DNA of 64,000 nucleotides from Candidatus Geothermarchaeum rappei (GCA_002011085.2 MTMB02000001.1:41820-105819); one strand, 5' to 3'; counted from the first letter of the stretch, positions 39,214 to 49,826 are shown. Numbers and translations: made by a program. Notes: generated by a model not told the origin, from the letters alone.

Positions 39214-40356
39214 TCATCCCCGTAGAAACAATGTCCGGGTAAGGTCTTCGTACAATTTTTTAGCTGGGTAAGACAAGAAAACAAGCTGTCCTCCATCGTA
39301 GGTGATTATCCTACTTCTTCCAACCGCAATTTCCTCTATAGTCTCAATATACTCATCATAGGAAATCTTCTCCATGAAGTTCCTCATATATAAATCGAAT
39401 CCAGCATTCAAGATGTCCTCAGTAAGCCAGTAAATATCTGGCTGGTCATGTATCAGCTTTGTAAGTGTCCAAAGTACTCTATAGACAATCCTCTCCTTCT
39501 TCTTGTCACTTACAATATCTGGTTTCATTGTTTTAGAATAAATTTCGTATATAGCATTCCTGATATGTTCAGATGTAACTGTTAAATCTCCTTCATATTC
39601 AGCTTTTTTACCGGCTTTAAACACGATATTCAGGAGTTCCCTTGCATTACCCAGGAAGATCTTTTCAGCAGCATATGTAGCAGCCTCAACTGCATTCTGT
39701 GTAATTACGTCTTCATTAAACCCTAGTTCTATTCTTTCCTTCAATATATCCTTAAACTGTCTCTTATCATAGGGTGGAAACTCTATACGGGGTCCTCCTA
39801 CTTTAGACGTAATATGAGGTGGAAGCGCAGAGAGTATTTCCATCTTTCTAAGGACTAGGATGGGGTATATCAGTCTCCTCTCATAACCCTCCTCTATCCT
39901 CGTCAGTATCTCAAGAATCTTCCCCCTATCCCTACGTATTAATTCATCTCCGTCATCAATAGCTACTATATACTTAAGCTCCTCAATATCCAGCCTATCA
40001 TATAATTTGGTTATGATCTCATCAATACCGAGTCCTCTCTCAGGGATAGGAACTATTTTTTTAGCTATATACTGTATCGCAACATACGTCCTACTATGTG
40101 TAGTTGCATTTACAACCCTGAAATCAATATTATCTTCCCTCTCCTCCTTTATCTCTGTCAATACCTTTCTTAGGGTACTTGTTTTACCTGTTCCCGACTC
40201 CCCATATAAAACAGGTATACTATAATGGCTTCCGTCAAGCCCTTCTGAAACCACCTTCTTGAGTATATCCAGCTGTTTTTCACGATGGGGTAGGGCCTTA
40301 GGTAGATACTTGGGATCGAAAACCCTCTCTCCACCTTCTCTGAATATCCTTGTCAT
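39214..40356 (-). CDS. Orc1/Cdc6 family AAA+ replication initiator paralog
   Basis: N-terminal LPHREKQLDIL, Walker A GESGTGKTS, Walker B IVAIDDGDEL, sensor-2-like GNARELLNI. C-terminal region of winged-helix size. Confidence 0.8.
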   Translation of the reverse strand: MTRIFREGGERVFDPKYLPKALPHREKQLDILKKVVSEGLDGSHYSIPVLYGESGTGKTSTLRKVLTEIKEEREDNIDFRVVNATTHSRTYVAIQYIAKKIVPIPERGLGIDEIITKLYDRLDIEELKYIVAIDDGDELIRRDRGKILEILTRIEEGYERRLIYPILVLRKMEILSALPPHITSKVGGPRIEFPPYDKRQFKDILKERIELGFNEDVITQNAVEAATYAAEKIFLGNARELLNIVFKAGKKAEYEGDLTVTSEHIRNAIYEIYSKTMKPDIVSDKKKERIVYRVLWTLTKLIHDQPDIYWLTEDILNAGFDLYMRNFMEKISYDEYIETIEEIAVGRSRIITYDGGQLVFLSYPAKKLYEDLTRTLFLRG

Positions 40357-40431
40357 CTCGACTGCACCGACTAATAAAGGGTATTTAACGTCAAATCCTT
40401 TAAATTTAAATTAAAAATTATTTTGTTTGTA

Positions 40432-41091
40432 ATGAATTCGGGAAACACTATCGATAAAAGTAAGTATCTCTCATTGGAAGAGGGTAAATACCTTGTAAAG
40501 TTAGCTAGGAAAACCGTTGAATTAAGACTTGAGAATAAGGGGTTTCCATCTATAGACCCCTCTTCGTTAACCCCTCGTTTAAAAGAGGATCGTGGTGTCT
40601 TTACAACGATATATAAACTTGTCAATGGTAAAAAGGAATTACGAGGTTGTATCGGGTATCCACTTCCAATAAAACCACTGTATAAAGCAGTGATGGAAAC
40701 CGCTATTGAATCGGCTTTTAACGATCCCCGTTTTCCACCTATTAGACAAGAAGAGATGAAGCTTGTTGTTTTCGAGGTATCCGTTTTAACACCCCTGGAG
40801 AAGATTGAATATAAGTCTCCTTTAGAGCTGCCTAAGCTAGTCAAAGTGGGTAGGGATGGCTTGGTACTAAAGTATGGCCCTTACTCCGGCCTCCTCCTCC
40901 CCCAGGTTCCAGTGGAATATGGTTGGGACGCCGAAGAATACCTGATACATCTCTCTATGAAGGCTGGCCTCCCACCCGATGGGTACCTTTATAAAGGAGT
41001 GGAGATATATCGGTTCGAAGCACAGATCTTCAGCGAGGAATCCCCTAAAGGTGAGGTTGTAGAGGAGAAGCTGGCTTCGTGTGATGTGTGA
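40432..41091 (+). CDS. AMMECR1 domain protein
   Basis: Motifs RGCIGYP and LLLPQV. About 220 aa. Confidence 0.8.
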   Translation: MNSGNTIDKSKYLSLEEGKYLVKLARKTVELRLENKGFPSIDPSSLTPRLKEDRGVFTTIYKLVNGKKELRGCIGYPLPIKPLYKAVMETAIESAFNDPRFPPIRQEEMKLVVFEVSVLTPLEKIEYKSPLELPKLVKVGRDGLVLKYGPYSGLLLPQVPVEYGWDAEEYLIHLSMKAGLPPDGYLYKGVEIYRFEAQIFSEESPKGEVVEEKLASCDV

Positions 41092-41096
41092 GAAAC

Positions 41097-42239
41097 ATGA
41101 GGATTGTCTTCAGTGTATGCGGTATCGGGATGGGCCACTCACATAGATCATATAGGTTGATGAAGGCATTAGCAGGAGAAGGCCATGAAATATTTGTAAT
41201 TACATCTGGAGATGGAGCGGTTTTCTTTAGAGATAAGGAGTTTAAGGCATTTTATGTTGAGGAGTTGGATTTTGAATGGAGTGAGTCTGGAGTATCTTTA
41301 AACAGGACTATCGCTAAGTCACTGGAGCACAGCTACACTCTCTACAAACATTATACGGGGGAGAGGCGTGTAATCAGCGTGTTGAACCCAGACCTAATCG
41401 TTGTAGACTCCCGGGGCGCTCCACTCATCGTTGCAAAGCAATATAACATACCCTCTATTCTCATAACTAACCAGTTAGCTGTTATAAGTAGATACCCGGC
41501 TATCGATAAGGTTATAGCAAGGTACATGCCCAAGTTCTGGGCACTAGCGGATAAAATCATTGTATCTGACATTTCTCCTCCATATACAATAACCTATCTA
41601 AACAATGTCTATCCCCTTAGTATCGACCCAGAACTAGAAAATAAAGTATACTTTACAGGTCCTCTACTAGACTTTAAATGGCTAAGCAGCCATCTTAAGA
41701 AGATAAATAATGAGAAGGTCTATGATGTCTTCATATTCATAAGTGCCCCATCACTGGACAGGAAATTCTATGCTATGCATATGATTGATTTAGCGAAGAC
41801 ATTATCAAAGAACCATAAGGTTCTTTTATCAATCGGCGAGCCAAAGTTCAGGGAGTATAAGATCGGTCTCAATGGACTTGATATATGGGGTTGGGTGAAA
41901 GACCCATTTGAGATGCTCAGCAAATCTAAGATAGTAGTATTACGGGGAGGGCAGACGGCAATTATGGAGTCAATTATAACAATGACTCCCATGTTAGTGC
42001 TTCCAGCGTATAATCAGACGGAGCAGATCGAGAATGCCCGTCGAGTTAAGGCCCTGGGTATAGGAGAATACATTGACCCAGATATCTTTTACAGTAACAA
42101 AGAAGTGTTTTTCGAAAAAATTGAGCAGCTCCTATCCAAGTACGAGTATTACGTTGATAATCTGAAACTCATTAGAGAGAAATTATTCTCTTCTGGTGGT
42201 GTAGATAAAGCTATTGACATTATATTAGGCTTGGCTTAA
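41097..42239 (+). CDS. GT-B glycosyltransferase (GT1/GT28, MurG/MGT-like)
   Basis: N-terminal GIGMGHSHRS. C-terminal RGGQTAIMESI...P..NQTEQIENA matches the nucleotide-sugar binding motif of the family. Confidence 0.65.
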   Translation: MRIVFSVCGIGMGHSHRSYRLMKALAGEGHEIFVITSGDGAVFFRDKEFKAFYVEELDFEWSESGVSLNRTIAKSLEHSYTLYKHYTGERRVISVLNPDLIVVDSRGAPLIVAKQYNIPSILITNQLAVISRYPAIDKVIARYMPKFWALADKIIVSDISPPYTITYLNNVYPLSIDPELENKVYFTGPLLDFKWLSSHLKKINNEKVYDVFIFISAPSLDRKFYAMHMIDLAKTLSKNHKVLLSIGEPKFREYKIGLNGLDIWGWVKDPFEMLSKSKIVVLRGGQTAIMESIITMTPMLVLPAYNQTEQIENARRVKALGIGEYIDPDIFYSNKEVFFEKIEQLLSKYEYYVDNLKLIREKLFSSGGVDKAIDIILGLA

Positions 42240-42317
42240 CCACCCTCATATATCTTATGAATAGTTAATTATTTTGTTGATGTGAGTAAATTTTTATAGG
42301 GGTGTTAGGGTGTACAG

Positions 42318-43628
42318 GTGTATAGCATGTGGCTTTCATATAGAAACTCTAATAGTAGAGATGTCAAGAACAAGGCTGAGGGTGAAGTTGTCCGCTTAAT
42401 AGGCTGGATCTTTACTAAGAGGGAACATCCCGAGAAAATATTCATTAACATGAGGGACAGATATGGATACATCCAGCTTGTCGCTTCTAAAGAGACGCTG
42501 AAGGAGAAGTTTGAGAATGTTAAGGAGGCTAATGTTGAGAGTGCTATTGCCGTTGAGGGTGTTGTTAAATATGATAAGAGGGCTCCCGGTGGAGTAGAAA
42601 TCCATTTAACAGATTTTAAGGTAGTGGCGCCAGCTGACATCTGGCCAGTTACGTTATCCGCTTTAAAGTCGCCTGAGTTTATGTTTGACAAGAGACACTT
42701 AACTATCCGAGGGCCTAGGTCAAGAGCAGTATTACTTATAAGATCTGCACTTATCCAATCCGCATTCGAGTATTTCACCAAAAACGATTATGTAATGATT
42801 AATGCACCTACCTTCATAACATCTGCTGTAGAGGGGGGTGCAACGTTATTCGAGTTGAAATATTTTGGTGATAAAGCTTACCTAACTCAGAGTGCACAGT
42901 TCTATGAGGAAGCAGCTATATGTGTTTTTGAGAAGGTTTTCGTTATACAGCCGAGCTTTAGAGCAGAGAAGTCCAGGACGAGAAAACATCTTACAGAGTT
43001 CTGGCATATAGAGGCAGAGGTGGCTTTTGCTGAACACAATGACATAATGCGTGTTGAGGAGGAGCTTCTATCCTATATAGTCTCTAGATTAAATGAGCTT
43101 GTTGGAGAAGAAATTAAATATATCAGAGGAGGCCTCCTCAAGGAGTTCACCCCGCCTTTTGAGAAGATAAGTTATGACGAGGCTATTGAAATACTTCAGA
43201 AGAAAGGCGTGGAGATAGAGTGGGGCGAAGACTTTGGAGCAGATGAAGAGCGAGCCTTGAGTGAAGAGTTTGAAGAACCATTCTTTGTAACAGGATACCC
43301 GGTCGAGATACGTAGTTTCTATCATATGCCGGATCCAGATCGCCCCGAGGTGACTTTATCGTCTGACCTCATGGCTCCAGGAGGCTTTGGAGAAATAACA
43401 TCTGGTGGACAGAGGATCCATGATTACAATACTCTCCTAAATAAGATTAAGAAAATGGGTCTTGACCCCAGCGAATATGAATGGTATCTCGAGATACGTC
43501 GCTATGGAATGCCTCCTCACTCAGGCTTCGGCATGGGAGTTGAACGCGTCCTACGCTGGCTCTTAGACCTCCCTCATATCAGGGATGCTACACTCTTCCC
43601 ACGGACTCCATCGAGATTATATCCATAA
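42318..43628 (+). CDS. asnS: Asparagine--tRNA ligase (class IIb; AsnRS rather than AspRS, judged from motif 2)
   Basis: Motif 2 FRAEKSRTRKHLTEFWHIEAEVAF resembles the AsnRS consensus (FRAE.S.T.RHL.EFW..E.E.AF). Motif 3 GFGMGVERVLRW. Alternative start ATG at 42327. Confidence 0.7.
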   Translation: MYSMWLSYRNSNSRDVKNKAEGEVVRLIGWIFTKREHPEKIFINMRDRYGYIQLVASKETLKEKFENVKEANVESAIAVEGVVKYDKRAPGGVEIHLTDFKVVAPADIWPVTLSALKSPEFMFDKRHLTIRGPRSRAVLLIRSALIQSAFEYFTKNDYVMINAPTFITSAVEGGATLFELKYFGDKAYLTQSAQFYEEAAICVFEKVFVIQPSFRAEKSRTRKHLTEFWHIEAEVAFAEHNDIMRVEEELLSYIVSRLNELVGEEIKYIRGGLLKEFTPPFEKISYDEAIEILQKKGVEIEWGEDFGADEERALSEEFEEPFFVTGYPVEIRSFYHMPDPDRPEVTLSSDLMAPGGFGEITSGGQRIHDYNTLLNKIKKMGLDPSEYEWYLEIRRYGMPPHSGFGMGVERVLRWLLDLPHIRDATLFPRTPSRLYP

Positions 43629-43703
43629 TGCTCTCTCACTCCTATTTTCCTCTAAACATTTTTTAAATAAGGGATTAAAAATAATTGGAGGAAGGTGTGT
43701 TGA

Positions 43704-44672
43704 ATGGCTGAAGAAATAGATGTTAAGGAGGTTCCTGGCGTAGGAGATGTTACAGCCAGGAAACTAAGGGAATTAGGAATAATTGATGTAAAAGCATTAT
43801 TATTATATTCTCCGATTCAACTGGCTGAGATGCTTAATACAGCTGTTGAGAGGGCGGAGAGGATAATATTAAGTGCCTATAACCTCTTGAAGGAACGCGG
43901 CCTAGTGGAGGACGATTTTGTGACTGCAGATTATCTACTGGAGAAACTGAGTAGGCGCAGGTATATTACAACTGGTTCAAGGAACTTGGATACATTACTT
44001 AGGGGAGGTGTTGTAACAGGTGCTGTAACCGAGTTCTACGGCGAATTCGGGTCTGGAAAAACACAGTTGTGTCATACTCTCGCTGTCAATGTACAGCTTC
44101 CAGAGGAAGAAGGTGGGCTTGATAAAAACGCTATATACATAGATACAGAGAAGACCTTCAGCCCATCTAGAATAGTGGAGATCGCTAATGCACGGGGGTT
44201 AGATCCCAAAGAGACATTGAGGAGGATAGTTGTAGCCCGTGCTTTTAACACCACTCACCTATTATTGCTCTCTCACTCTCTGCCTAAGAAGATTAAGGAG
44301 AATAACATTGGATTTATAGCAATAGACTCTGCCGTTGCACCGTTTAGAGCCGAGTATATTGGACGTGGAAAGCTTTCTGAGAGACAGCAGTTGCTAAATA
44401 GGTTTATGCATGACCTCCTAAGAGTCGCTGAGCTATATGAAGTGGCGATAGTCATAACAAATCAGGTTCAGGCGCAGCCAGATATAATGTTCGGAGACCC
44501 GACTAAGCCAGTTGGCGGCCATGTCGTTGCACATGCAGTTACATATAGGATATATCTTAAGAAGTCCAAGAAGAATATTAGGATCGCTATGATCATAGAC
44601 AGTCCAGAGCATCCTCCTGGTGAGGCTGTATTTACTATTACAAAAGACGGTATCTCCGACCCTGAGACGTAG
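43704..44672 (+). CDS. radA: DNA repair and recombination protein RadA
   Basis: N-terminal HhH region, Walker A GEFGSGKTQ, Walker B IAIDS. 322 aa. Confidence 0.93.
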   Translation: MAEEIDVKEVPGVGDVTARKLRELGIIDVKALLLYSPIQLAEMLNTAVERAERIILSAYNLLKERGLVEDDFVTADYLLEKLSRRRYITTGSRNLDTLLRGGVVTGAVTEFYGEFGSGKTQLCHTLAVNVQLPEEEGGLDKNAIYIDTEKTFSPSRIVEIANARGLDPKETLRRIVVARAFNTTHLLLLSHSLPKKIKENNIGFIAIDSAVAPFRAEYIGRGKLSERQQLLNRFMHDLLRVAELYEVAIVITNQVQAQPDIMFGDPTKPVGGHVVAHAVTYRIYLKKSKKNIRIAMIIDSPEHPPGEAVFTITKDGISDPET

Positions 44673-44820
44673 CTAAATATAAATTATTTTTAAATTAGTA
44701 TCCCAAAAACATATTTTTCATATAATAAAAAGATATTACCCTATAATATACAGTATAAAAAATAAATAACTGTAAAATAGCTGGAGAATAGGAATAGTCT
44801 AAATATGATGTTTAAAGACG

Positions 44821-47490
44821 ATGTATTCGGTGGTGAGGCAGGTGAAAAGAAACCTAATATTGTCATTGGGGATAGTTGTACTAGCCATATTAATTATGTC
44901 GTTACCGGGATCCATGGTATATGCCCAGTCTCCAACTGAGGAGAGAGAATCTATATATGTATATGGTGGGGGGCCATCGGTATTCATCAAAGCGGCTTTC
45001 ACTGATTCTGCATATTTATATGGTGTGGTTACTAGTAAAACTGGATTAGTATCATCTTCTGGAGTCAAATCAATATCGCTTTCATTTGTTAGGGTATCTG
45101 ATTGGAAACCCTCGTTCAATTATTTTCTAGATGGTGTGTGGTATAGAAATACTGGTATCTATGAGGTTCCCTCAACCTCGGTAGTCCTAAAGATTGTTAT
45201 AGAGAATGGTGTTACAGAACAAGATGTGCTGTCTATCGCAAAAACCTTATCTAATTACTTCCTCCTCGACTTTAGATTGGCTTCTGTAGACAGCAATACA
45301 TATATATTCTATTCTCCGTATGAACACGGGACGGTTTATGAGAATGTCTTGTCTATTATAGAGGATGAGCCAGTTGCTGTATTTGACTGGGTTTCCCTCA
45401 AGAACTTCGATAAAAAGGATTTTTATAACGTGACTATAGGATTGGATGTGGGTAGGCATACAGCAAGCTTTGTAGCCAGCTACATAATATATAGGGAAAA
45501 GGGCGTCGAGACCTTATCGGATGTCCTCGAGTGGAAGCCGAATGAAAATGATACACGAAAAATAAATCTATATGTTTTATCTAAGTATGCTAGGGTAACT
45601 GGTTACCCAAAGTTATTCTATAATCTAAGCGTCTTAGAGGAGTCTACATTATACGTTTCTCTAAATGGATATACTTACGGTAATGCAGAGGAAGACCCTT
45701 TCGAAATCAGGTATACCTTTGCATATCCCACCCTATATATCGAAAGGAGTTTTAATGACACGCAGTTAAGTAACGGAGACGTTATAGAAGTTACTTTAAA
45801 GGTGGAGAATATAGGTGAGGCAGACGCATATAATGTTACATTAAGTGAATCCCGGTGGTGGGACGACAATCAGGTATTGTTCTTAGAAGGAGATGTAAAG
45901 GAGTTCTTCACTGTAATACCGAAGGCTACAAGTAGAGTCATCAAATATAAGGTTAAAGTCAATACTGCCGAGCCCGTTGATGTTATTGTTCCCCAGGCTC
46001 AGGCTACAGCCTCCATAATGGAGAATGTTAACTTAACATATTACTCTTCCAGTGTCCTAATCCATCTGAACAGAGACTCTCCATTCTTGTCAATATCAAT
46101 TGATAGTAAGACTTCCTCTGTAAAACCGGGTGATGAGTATTTATATGATCTTAGTGTTAAGAACGAGGGATCTGAGACAGCTGAGGATCTGCAGCTCGGA
46201 GACTTCTTAATAAAGTCGTTGGCCCCAGGTGAGTCCAGACGCGTAGAATTATCTACCGCTGTATCAGGCCCCTGGGACCTAATAAAATATGTCTCGGCAA
46301 AAGTGGTGTATAGCTTCCAGAATAAAACATATAGTCTCGAGTCACCTTCCTATCCTGTGCTATTTAAGCCAGATACAATACTAGCTCCTCTAACTTCCAT
46401 AGAGATCACCTATAAATCAGTGGATAATACACACATAGAAGCCACGCTTAATGTAAAGAATATAGGTGTTATCGACATTGAATCACTTAAAATAGAAGGG
46501 CAATTACTTAGTGGATTAGAATATGTATCGGGCGATTTCGAAGTAGAGCCCAACGGAACCATTTTCTATATTGCAGGCATCGCCTTGGGCAGGGGATCTG
46601 AAGTTGAGTATGAAGCTGTTTTCAAAATAGTTTCAGATGATGTTTTCATGTATCCATTGGTACGTGTAGAGGCAAAGGCGGTGGACATAAGTATCTCTAG
46701 ATTAGGTCTTATAGACGTCTTCTTTAACCATACTATAGAGATTACAACTGACTTACCATCATCTCCATTGTTAATAGGTAAATCATATGTCTATAAAATA
46801 CGTGTAGCCAATCTAGGCTCATCAGACATATATAACATCCTCTTCCACTATACAAATATTCCTGAAGGACTTACAATGAACTCATCGGACTCTCCAATAG
46901 GGAAGATAGCGGGAGGCTCATCCCTAGACTATGAAATAAGTTTCTATGCTGAGCGGCCAGGGGATGTGAGTATTCCCCCTGTGGACGTCGACTTCATACT
47001 TGGTGGTAAAACCAGATATATGAGTATTCCCGTCCAGAACGTTACCTTCGTATATGGACTTAAAGCCACGCTTTCCCTGACTGATAATGAGATACTAGAG
47101 AATGGGGCTACGTCAATATTGATACGGTTTGAAAGCGATGCACCTTCATATATAGACTATATAGATGTATCGATAACTCTGCCAGAAGGCTTGGAATTCA
47201 GCGACGGAACCCGTATATATGAGACTAGGATTTCGCTTAGCAGCCCCACGCTGGATTTCACCACACCCGAGATACATGCTGTAACACCAGGTAAATACAA
47301 CGTATCTAATGTAAAAATATCATATGGATTTAAAGGTGAGGAAATAACTCTAGAGCTCCAGTTCGATATAACATCATCAAATATTTTAACCGTTAAAGAG
47401 AACGTGTTAAACAGATATTTCATTTACTTCATCATCGCACTAGCAGTTTCAATTGCAATAGCAGTATATATTCGTAGAAGCCTGAGATAA
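44821..47490 (+). CDS. Large cell-surface protein with a signal peptide, repeated CARDB/DUF11-like beta-sandwich modules and a C-terminal TM anchor
   Basis: Signal peptide (LILSLGIVVLAILIMSLPGSMVYA). At least four V-x-N-x-G...N/D-V/L modules (TLKVENIGEADAYNVTL, LSVKNEGSETAEDLQL, LNVKNIGVIDIESLKI, IRVANLGSSDIYNILF). Many N-x-S/T sequons. C-terminal YFIYFIIALAVSIAIAVYIRRSLR. Confidence 0.6.
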   Translation: MYSVVRQVKRNLILSLGIVVLAILIMSLPGSMVYAQSPTEERESIYVYGGGPSVFIKAAFTDSAYLYGVVTSKTGLVSSSGVKSISLSFVRVSDWKPSFNYFLDGVWYRNTGIYEVPSTSVVLKIVIENGVTEQDVLSIAKTLSNYFLLDFRLASVDSNTYIFYSPYEHGTVYENVLSIIEDEPVAVFDWVSLKNFDKKDFYNVTIGLDVGRHTASFVASYIIYREKGVETLSDVLEWKPNENDTRKINLYVLSKYARVTGYPKLFYNLSVLEESTLYVSLNGYTYGNAEEDPFEIRYTFAYPTLYIERSFNDTQLSNGDVIEVTLKVENIGEADAYNVTLSESRWWDDNQVLFLEGDVKEFFTVIPKATSRVIKYKVKVNTAEPVDVIVPQAQATASIMENVNLTYYSSSVLIHLNRDSPFLSISIDSKTSSVKPGDEYLYDLSVKNEGSETAEDLQLGDFLIKSLAPGESRRVELSTAVSGPWDLIKYVSAKVVYSFQNKTYSLESPSYPVLFKPDTILAPLTSIEITYKSVDNTHIEATLNVKNIGVIDIESLKIEGQLLSGLEYVSGDFEVEPNGTIFYIAGIALGRGSEVEYEAVFKIVSDDVFMYPLVRVEAKAVDISISRLGLIDVFFNHTIEITTDLPSSPLLIGKSYVYKIRVANLGSSDIYNILFHYTNIPEGLTMNSSDSPIGKIAGGSSLDYEISFYAERPGDVSIPPVDVDFILGGKTRYMSIPVQNVTFVYGLKATLSLTDNEILENGATSILIRFESDAPSYIDYIDVSITLPEGLEFSDGTRIYETRISLSSPTLDFTTPEIHAVTPGKYNVSNVKISYGFKGEEITLELQFDITSSNILTVKENVLNRYFIYFIIALAVSIAIAVYIRRSLR

Positions 47491-47498
47491 AGAGGGAG

Positions 47499-48416
47499 CT
47501 ATATCGCGGCTAGATAAGCCAAGTATAGGAAAACAGCGATTCCAGCGCCGATTACTGGAGACGCTGCCCATAGAAAAAGCATCTTCTTTAGATACTGTAT
47601 ATTTATTATTCTAAATTTCTTTGTAAGAGCTGGGCCAATCAGTGAGATCATCATCAATTGTGTCAAGGATACAGGTATCCCAAACTGTGTAGCTACTTCT
47701 ATTAATATTACAGTAGCAAATTGTGCGGCTAATAATGCTGAGATGCTTATGTTATAGATCTTCAAACCTATCTCATACGATACTCCTCCACTTAATAGGA
47801 AGAAGCCACCAACCACCATTATAACAAATAAAATAGTTTGAATAAATCCCTCCTCTCCCAGATAATAAATCAGCCCCAAGGTGTTTGCTCCAAAGACGTA
47901 TGCTAGAGCGCCTGTTGTACTCATTAAAAGAACTTTTTCCGAGATATATCCCCTCCAGTTACTTTCTCTCAATAAGCGTTTCACCAATAAATATATCAGG
48001 CTGGAAATCACCAGTCCAAGCAGTGGATACGTTATCCATGCAATAAGCAGTAGCGATAGATATCCCGTGTCAAGAGGTCTGCCGAGGGAGATAAATATCC
48101 CCACAACCCCTCCTGCTAATGTCATTGTTAGTGAGATGGGGATCCTATACCTGTTTCCAAGTAGAATAAGTATAATTATACTGACTAAGATTATCGTCAG
48201 GAGATTCTGGTCGTGAATTGGAAAGGTCTCAGTGAATTTTCTAAGCTTATTCCCCTCAATTAGCAATCCGAGTATAGTGCCTAGTAATATAACTGGACTC
48301 GCGATTTTACGAAGTATCACAACCGATCGATATGGACCAGATAAAATGGCAGAGTTATTCCCTGTTATAAAGGCTACTGTAGCTAGTAAAACGAGTGTTA
48401 TAATTAGACTTGTCAT
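47499..48416 (-). CDS. Inorganic phosphate transporter, PiT family (divergent)
   Basis: Polytopic 305-aa protein with N-terminal AFITGNNSA (compare the G-A-N-D-x-A-N PiT signature). Directly downstream of a DUF47/PhoU-like gene, which is the classic pairing. Confidence 0.6.
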   Translation of the reverse strand: MTSLIITLVLLATVAFITGNNSAILSGPYRSVVILRKIASPVILLGTILGLLIEGNKLRKFTETFPIHDQNLLTIILVSIIILILLGNRYRIPISLTMTLAGGVVGIFISLGRPLDTGYLSLLLIAWITYPLLGLVISSLIYLLVKRLLRESNWRGYISEKVLLMSTTGALAYVFGANTLGLIYYLGEEGFIQTILFVIMVVGGFFLLSGGVSYEIGLKIYNISISALLAAQFATVILIEVATQFGIPVSLTQLMMISLIGPALTKKFRIINIQYLKKMLFLWAASPVIGAGIAVFLYLAYLAAI

Positions 48417-48425
48417 TTCCAGACA

Positions 48426-49109
48426 CTATGTCCTAATATGTTGTAATGTTATCAAAATTATGTTGGATGCATCTTCACACAAGTCTTCAAGCTCGTCAAT
48501 CATGTATATGAAGTGAACAAGATAAGAGAAATAGGGTTCTCTAACTTGCTCCCACTTGCTGTATATCTCATCAATAAGGAGGTGTTTCATATCATCTCCC
48601 TCCTCCTCTATCTCCTCTATTCTCGTCGTTATATCTATGATATCCTCCCACTCTCCTGAAATTACTTTATCAAGTAGCTTAATTAGCTCTTCAATTGACT
48701 TCATACTATGTTTCAAATAGTTTAGGATCTTCTTCTCAATAGCCCTTACCTCTTTTGTCCTGATCTTCTCAAAATACTCTCTTCTATATGTCTCGCCGCC
48801 TAAGAAATGTATCGTATCCAGGATGTTGTCAAGGATATCCATTAGTGTTATCAGGTAGTTCTGTAGACTTACTATTATTGCTCCGTCAAGGATCAACCTG
48901 GTTATCTCGTTAGATAACCTATCACCTTCTTTCTCCAATTTCTCGATCTTCCTATAGAGATGGTTTCTTCTATCCGCGTTGCCTTCATATGCTTCAATGA
49001 GTAGCTCAACTGCCTTTAGAGACAGGTAAGTATGTCTCCTTAACTCCTGGAATAACGTTATCTCTTGTGTTATAAGCATATCCTTAATCCTGGAAAATAT
49101 ATCCTTCAC
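48426..49109 (-). CDS. DUF47 / PhoU-like phosphate transport regulator
   Basis: 227-aa all-helical protein with E..GD motifs (LEKEGDRLSNEI, IEEEGDDMKHLL) typical of TIGR00153/DUF47. Paired with PiT. Confidence 0.6.
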   Translation of the reverse strand: MKDIFSRIKDMLITQEITLFQELRRHTYLSLKAVELLIEAYEGNADRRNHLYRKIEKLEKEGDRLSNEITRLILDGAIIVSLQNYLITLMDILDNILDTIHFLGGETYRREYFEKIRTKEVRAIEKKILNYLKHSMKSIEELIKLLDKVISGEWEDIIDITTRIEEIEEEGDDMKHLLIDEIYSKWEQVREPYFSYLVHFIYMIDELEDLCEDASNIILITLQHIRT

Positions 49110-49154
49110 GTTTACACCAGTATTTTAAGGAGTAATTTAAGATTTTAAAGGTTT

Positions 49155-49826
49155 CTATTTTTCTCCTGATTTCTTCCTGTTTATCGTTTTATAGGGTTTC
49201 CAGCTTCTCCTTATAATATCAGCTCCTTCTCTCCAATGTTTCTCGAGGAACTCTCTCGTCTTGGGATCAGACGGATAACCGCTTCCAATTTCTCCATATA
49301 CTTTCTTTAGTTTATCAATCTCTCTATCCCTAATAGTCTTCGCTATAATGCTTGCTGAAGCGACAATACTATAATTTTCATCTGCCTTATGCTCACTTAT
49401 AATGACCCCATTATAGTCCTCGATATACTTTGATAGCCGTCCCCTGAATCTCTCTGGATCTGTATCACATGCATCGACATATACCAACGTAATATTATAT
49501 CCACGGGAGACGGCTTCATTTATTATAGATGCATAGAAAAACGCCTCCATCTCATTGAGTCCATCGCCATCTTCTACCCATTTATCTATCTCCCTAGGCT
49601 CTACAATCTTGACTATAATGTCATTTGCAAGTTCCCTTATCAACTGAGATAACGCCTCTCTCTGTCTAGGAGTATATTTTTTAGAGTCCTTGACCACGAG
49701 TTTATCAAATCTAGATAGCTGTGATATCCTAGCTATAATACCTGTAATAACCATGGGGCCGATCACCGGCCCCCTACCGGCCTCGTCAATACCCAGTACA
49801 TAAGTATTGTCTTCATCCACCACCAA
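49155..49826 (-). CDS. rnhB: Ribonuclease HII
   Basis: Motifs GIDEAGRGPVIGPMV, VDACD and SASIIAK. Confidence 0.9.
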   Translation of the reverse strand: MVVDEDNTYVLGIDEAGRGPVIGPMVITGIIARISQLSRFDKLVVKDSKKYTPRQREALSQLIRELANDIIVKIVEPREIDKWVEDGDGLNEMEAFFYASIINEAVSRGYNITLVYVDACDTDPERFRGRLSKYIEDYNGVIISEHKADENYSIVASASIIAKTIRDREIDKLKKVYGEIGSGYPSDPKTREFLEKHWREGADIIRRSWKPYKTINRKKSGEK

